DNA from: Podarcis bocagei
Lineage: Eukaryota
Direction: 5' to 3' (one strand)
DNA: 64,000 nt
NCBI GenBank assembly: GCA_964188305.1
Contig: OZ076897.1
Part shown: piece after piece, positions 61,631 through 64,000 of the stretch
How positions within the stretch are numbered: position 1 is the first letter of the stretch
How the letters are laid out: every line of letters begins with the position of its first letter
Notes under the pieces: model-generated
Told to the model about the DNA's origin: nothing
What the model saw: the letters and a program-made list of their open reading frames with translations, nothing else
Database searches by the model: none
Translations under genes and position numbers: made by a program

Positions 61631-61762
61631 TTAAAGCACATATTACCCCTCCTGCAAGAATCCTGAAAGCTGTCGTTTACCCCTCCAGAAAACTACAGTT
61701 CCCAGCACCTTTAACAAATTATGGTTCCAAGGATTCTTGGGGGAAGCGGGGATGTGCTTTAA
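61631..61762. mobile_element. Palindromic MITE-like element, family C
   Basis: Nested perfect inverted repeats TTAAAGCACAT/ATGTGCTTTAA (61631-61641/61752-61762) and CAAGAATCCT/AGGATTCTTG (61655-61664/61730-61739), with internal AACTACAGTTCCCAG. Confidence 0.7.
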
Positions 61763-61805
61763 TTATATGATGCTCAGGCAACTGCAAGTTAGGCGCGTTG
61801 AAATC

Positions 61806-62022
61806 TGGGTTGAATCCAACCTAAGGTACCTGCACTTGGATGCCATTGAAATCGATGCGACAAGTCAGACATTAAGCCTGCAAGCCTAACCCCACTTACC
61901 TGGAAGCCACCCTCCTTGCATGCAATGGGGCTTGCTTCTGAGTAGACGTGGCCAGGATTGCTCTGCTAATGCCTGAAACCGGTGGGCCCTAAGTGCAACT
62001 AGCTCGTTCTAGATTAAACCCA
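61806..62022. mobile_element. Nested MITEs: family A copy (61876-61966, TAA target duplication) inside an older inverted-repeat element
   Basis: The inner 91-bp element is flanked by TAA at 61873-61875 and 61967-61969. Outer arms are TGGGTTGAATCCA / TAGATTAAACCCA and TGCACTT / AAGTGCA. Confidence 0.75.
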
Positions 62023-62629
62023 CCGCGCCTAAAGTGCTCGCCAGTCCTCACTGCATCTCATCCAGTCGAGTTTCCGCCTGCCTCGCTTCCTTTCTGGAAC
62101 TGGCCAAGGTGTGAAACACCTTTGTCTCCCAGGACTGGGTGGCAACACTCCTGCTGACCTCAGAAGAATCAAGTTGTCACCCCATCCGACCAGTTCAAAG
62201 GGAATACTGACTAAATAGGGTTATGGCCCACGCCGTGGCCGTTCTCTTACCGACTCGCCTGCCTGACATCCCTACAGCCAGGACTTTTTATCAGGCGGTC
62301 CCTGTTGTGATGAAAGGCGTGGGTTCCAAATCATGTCTGCTGCCCCAACCTGCTGCCACTGACAATAAAAAGTCGAATTCAAATGACTGATTCGGGGGCT
62401 CGGCCGCTTCATTCTGCCTGGGCCTGACAAGCCCCGCGTTATTAATGCCCAAATGATCTCCCCAGAAACTGAAAAGCTGTCAAAAACCGGCGAGATGATG
62501 AGGCCTAAATAAGCAATAGAGAAGCACTGCGAGGGTAGATAAAGGTGTTGCGTCTGTTCTTCTCGGGTATTGAAATTTTAATCTGGCCGGGTTGGGGAGG
62601 GGAGGGTTGGGGGTGAAATAGAGAGAGAA

Positions 62630-62866
62630 AGGATGGGATGTCACGTGACATTAAATAATTAATGCAGATCTTCACGAATGGATCTGTGACGGTCAGTTCT
62701 CGCTAGTAGGAGTGATTCTTTCCGAAGTGAAAGGGAACTTCCTCTTTGACTTTTTTTTTAATATATAAAAACCAAAAACCCCAAAAAGCATGCCTACCTG
62801 GTTTATCTTTTGCAAGGCTCCTTAAACTCCTTAAGCGAGCAATAAGGGGGATGAGGTCGGTAAGTA
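62630..62866 (+). promoter_or_regulatory. E-box promoter-like block in the HOXA4-HOXA3 interval
   Basis: Perfect 14-bp palindrome ATGTCACGTGACAT 62638-62651, TAATTAAT, and a downstream donor-like GTAAGT at 62860-62865. Confidence 0.45.
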
Positions 62867-64000
62867 TGCGCAGGCCGGTCGTGTGCCTGGACTGCCTTTC
62901 ATTGTTTGCACTTGCCTTCCTTTTTGATTGGGGAGCCTTGACTTAAGCGACGGGGAGATTTACGAAATGTTCCATCTTTGTTGCGAAGCTGCCTTGTGGT
63001 CGCATTATGCCTTTTTGGTGATTAAACCTAAAGCGAGGCGAGGCGATTTGATAACGTTGGAGTACTAATTCACAAACTGTGGAAAGTTGCCACAGTGCGG
63101 GAGTCCTGGCTTTTTTGTGTGTGTTTCCCCCCCAATTTGCCATGCGTTCATAAATCACCGGCTCGCAGAGCAGGGCCAAGAAGAGAAACCGGAGAGGCGG
63201 CGGCGGCGGCAGCAGCAGCAGCAGCAGCAAGCATTGTGAGGAAGGGAATAGAGGCAGGCGAGGGGGGCGGGAGACGACAACAGAAGTCATGGACACATTT
63301 CTCTATGACTCATCATTAAGCAGCGCGATTTAGTACCCAGTTTAAAGCACCGCAATTAATAGCAGAGTTTTGTGATAAGGTCCCCCCCCCCTTTAACTCA
63401 TGGCGTTTTGTTAAGTGCTCCATTGCTACTTTCTAACTTTAAAGCTGCAAAGGAGCAGCCCTCCCCCCCCACCCCAAGAGGTCTCTAAAATATCATAGCA
63501 TGTAGTTTAATCGTCCCCAAATATACCACCAAAAGCTATTGAATAGCACGATGCTGATTTAATAGTAAGCACATTAAGTGGTTCTGTATGCTACTGCTTT
63601 CGATTGTATTACAGTTTGCCACGCGATGGGCTGTCTAGGAAGTAGTTTGAACGTTAAACACCAAAGGAGTTTCCCAGAATAGAGAACTGGTAGGATAGAG
63701 AGCGAGCAAGAAATATTATTATACCCTTAAATACTCCTTGGTATAGAAGCAGCTGTCTGGCAAAATCCACGGGCAGTTCCAGAAATCGAAGCATCTTACT
63801 AATGTGGGAGTGCAATAAAACCCCCAGTAAGCGATTTAGAGCTTCTCCTTTCTTTTGTCCTGCTAGATGCCTGCTTAGCACCAAATCTAAAATTATAATA
63901 GTCATTACCAAACGATCCAATTACCAAAAGCAAATTCTATCATGCCAAGTTCTCCCAAGATGAGATTTAAAACTTTTTTTTTCAAGCCTTCGATGACATT

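Overview
This is eukaryotic DNA: the central part of a vertebrate HoxA cluster. Six intact two-exon genes lie on the + strand in canonical order: HOXA10, HOXA9, HOXA7, HOXA6, HOXA5 and HOXA4. HOXA8 is absent, as expected, and the HoxA-linked miR-196 hairpin sits between HOXA10 and HOXA9. All introns are GT-AG, phase 1, and give clean in-frame joins. Recognisable regulatory sites include three co-oriented CTCF motifs (7|9, 6|7, 5|6 positions), DR5 retinoic-acid response elements on both sides of HOXA4, intronic Hox/Cdx site clusters, several E-box/CCAAT promoter-like blocks and miR-196 seed sites in the HOXA9 and HOXA7 3' UTRs. The cluster also holds more than a dozen short palindromic MITE-like insertions, some intronic and one nested, plus many microsatellites and six assembly gaps. 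The repeat load and protein sequences suggest a squamate reptile; this is inference and the species cannot be determined. The most notable observations are: a single-base loss of the HOXA5 miR-196 seed site; N>S in the Hox10 NWLTAKSG motif; HOXB6-like residues in the HOXA6 homeodomain; an exact 173-nt cryptic intron giving a homeodomain-less HOXA9T; and the MITE invasion. No wholly new biological system can be supported from the sequence alone. Comparisons with other species are recalled from memory and need alignment.
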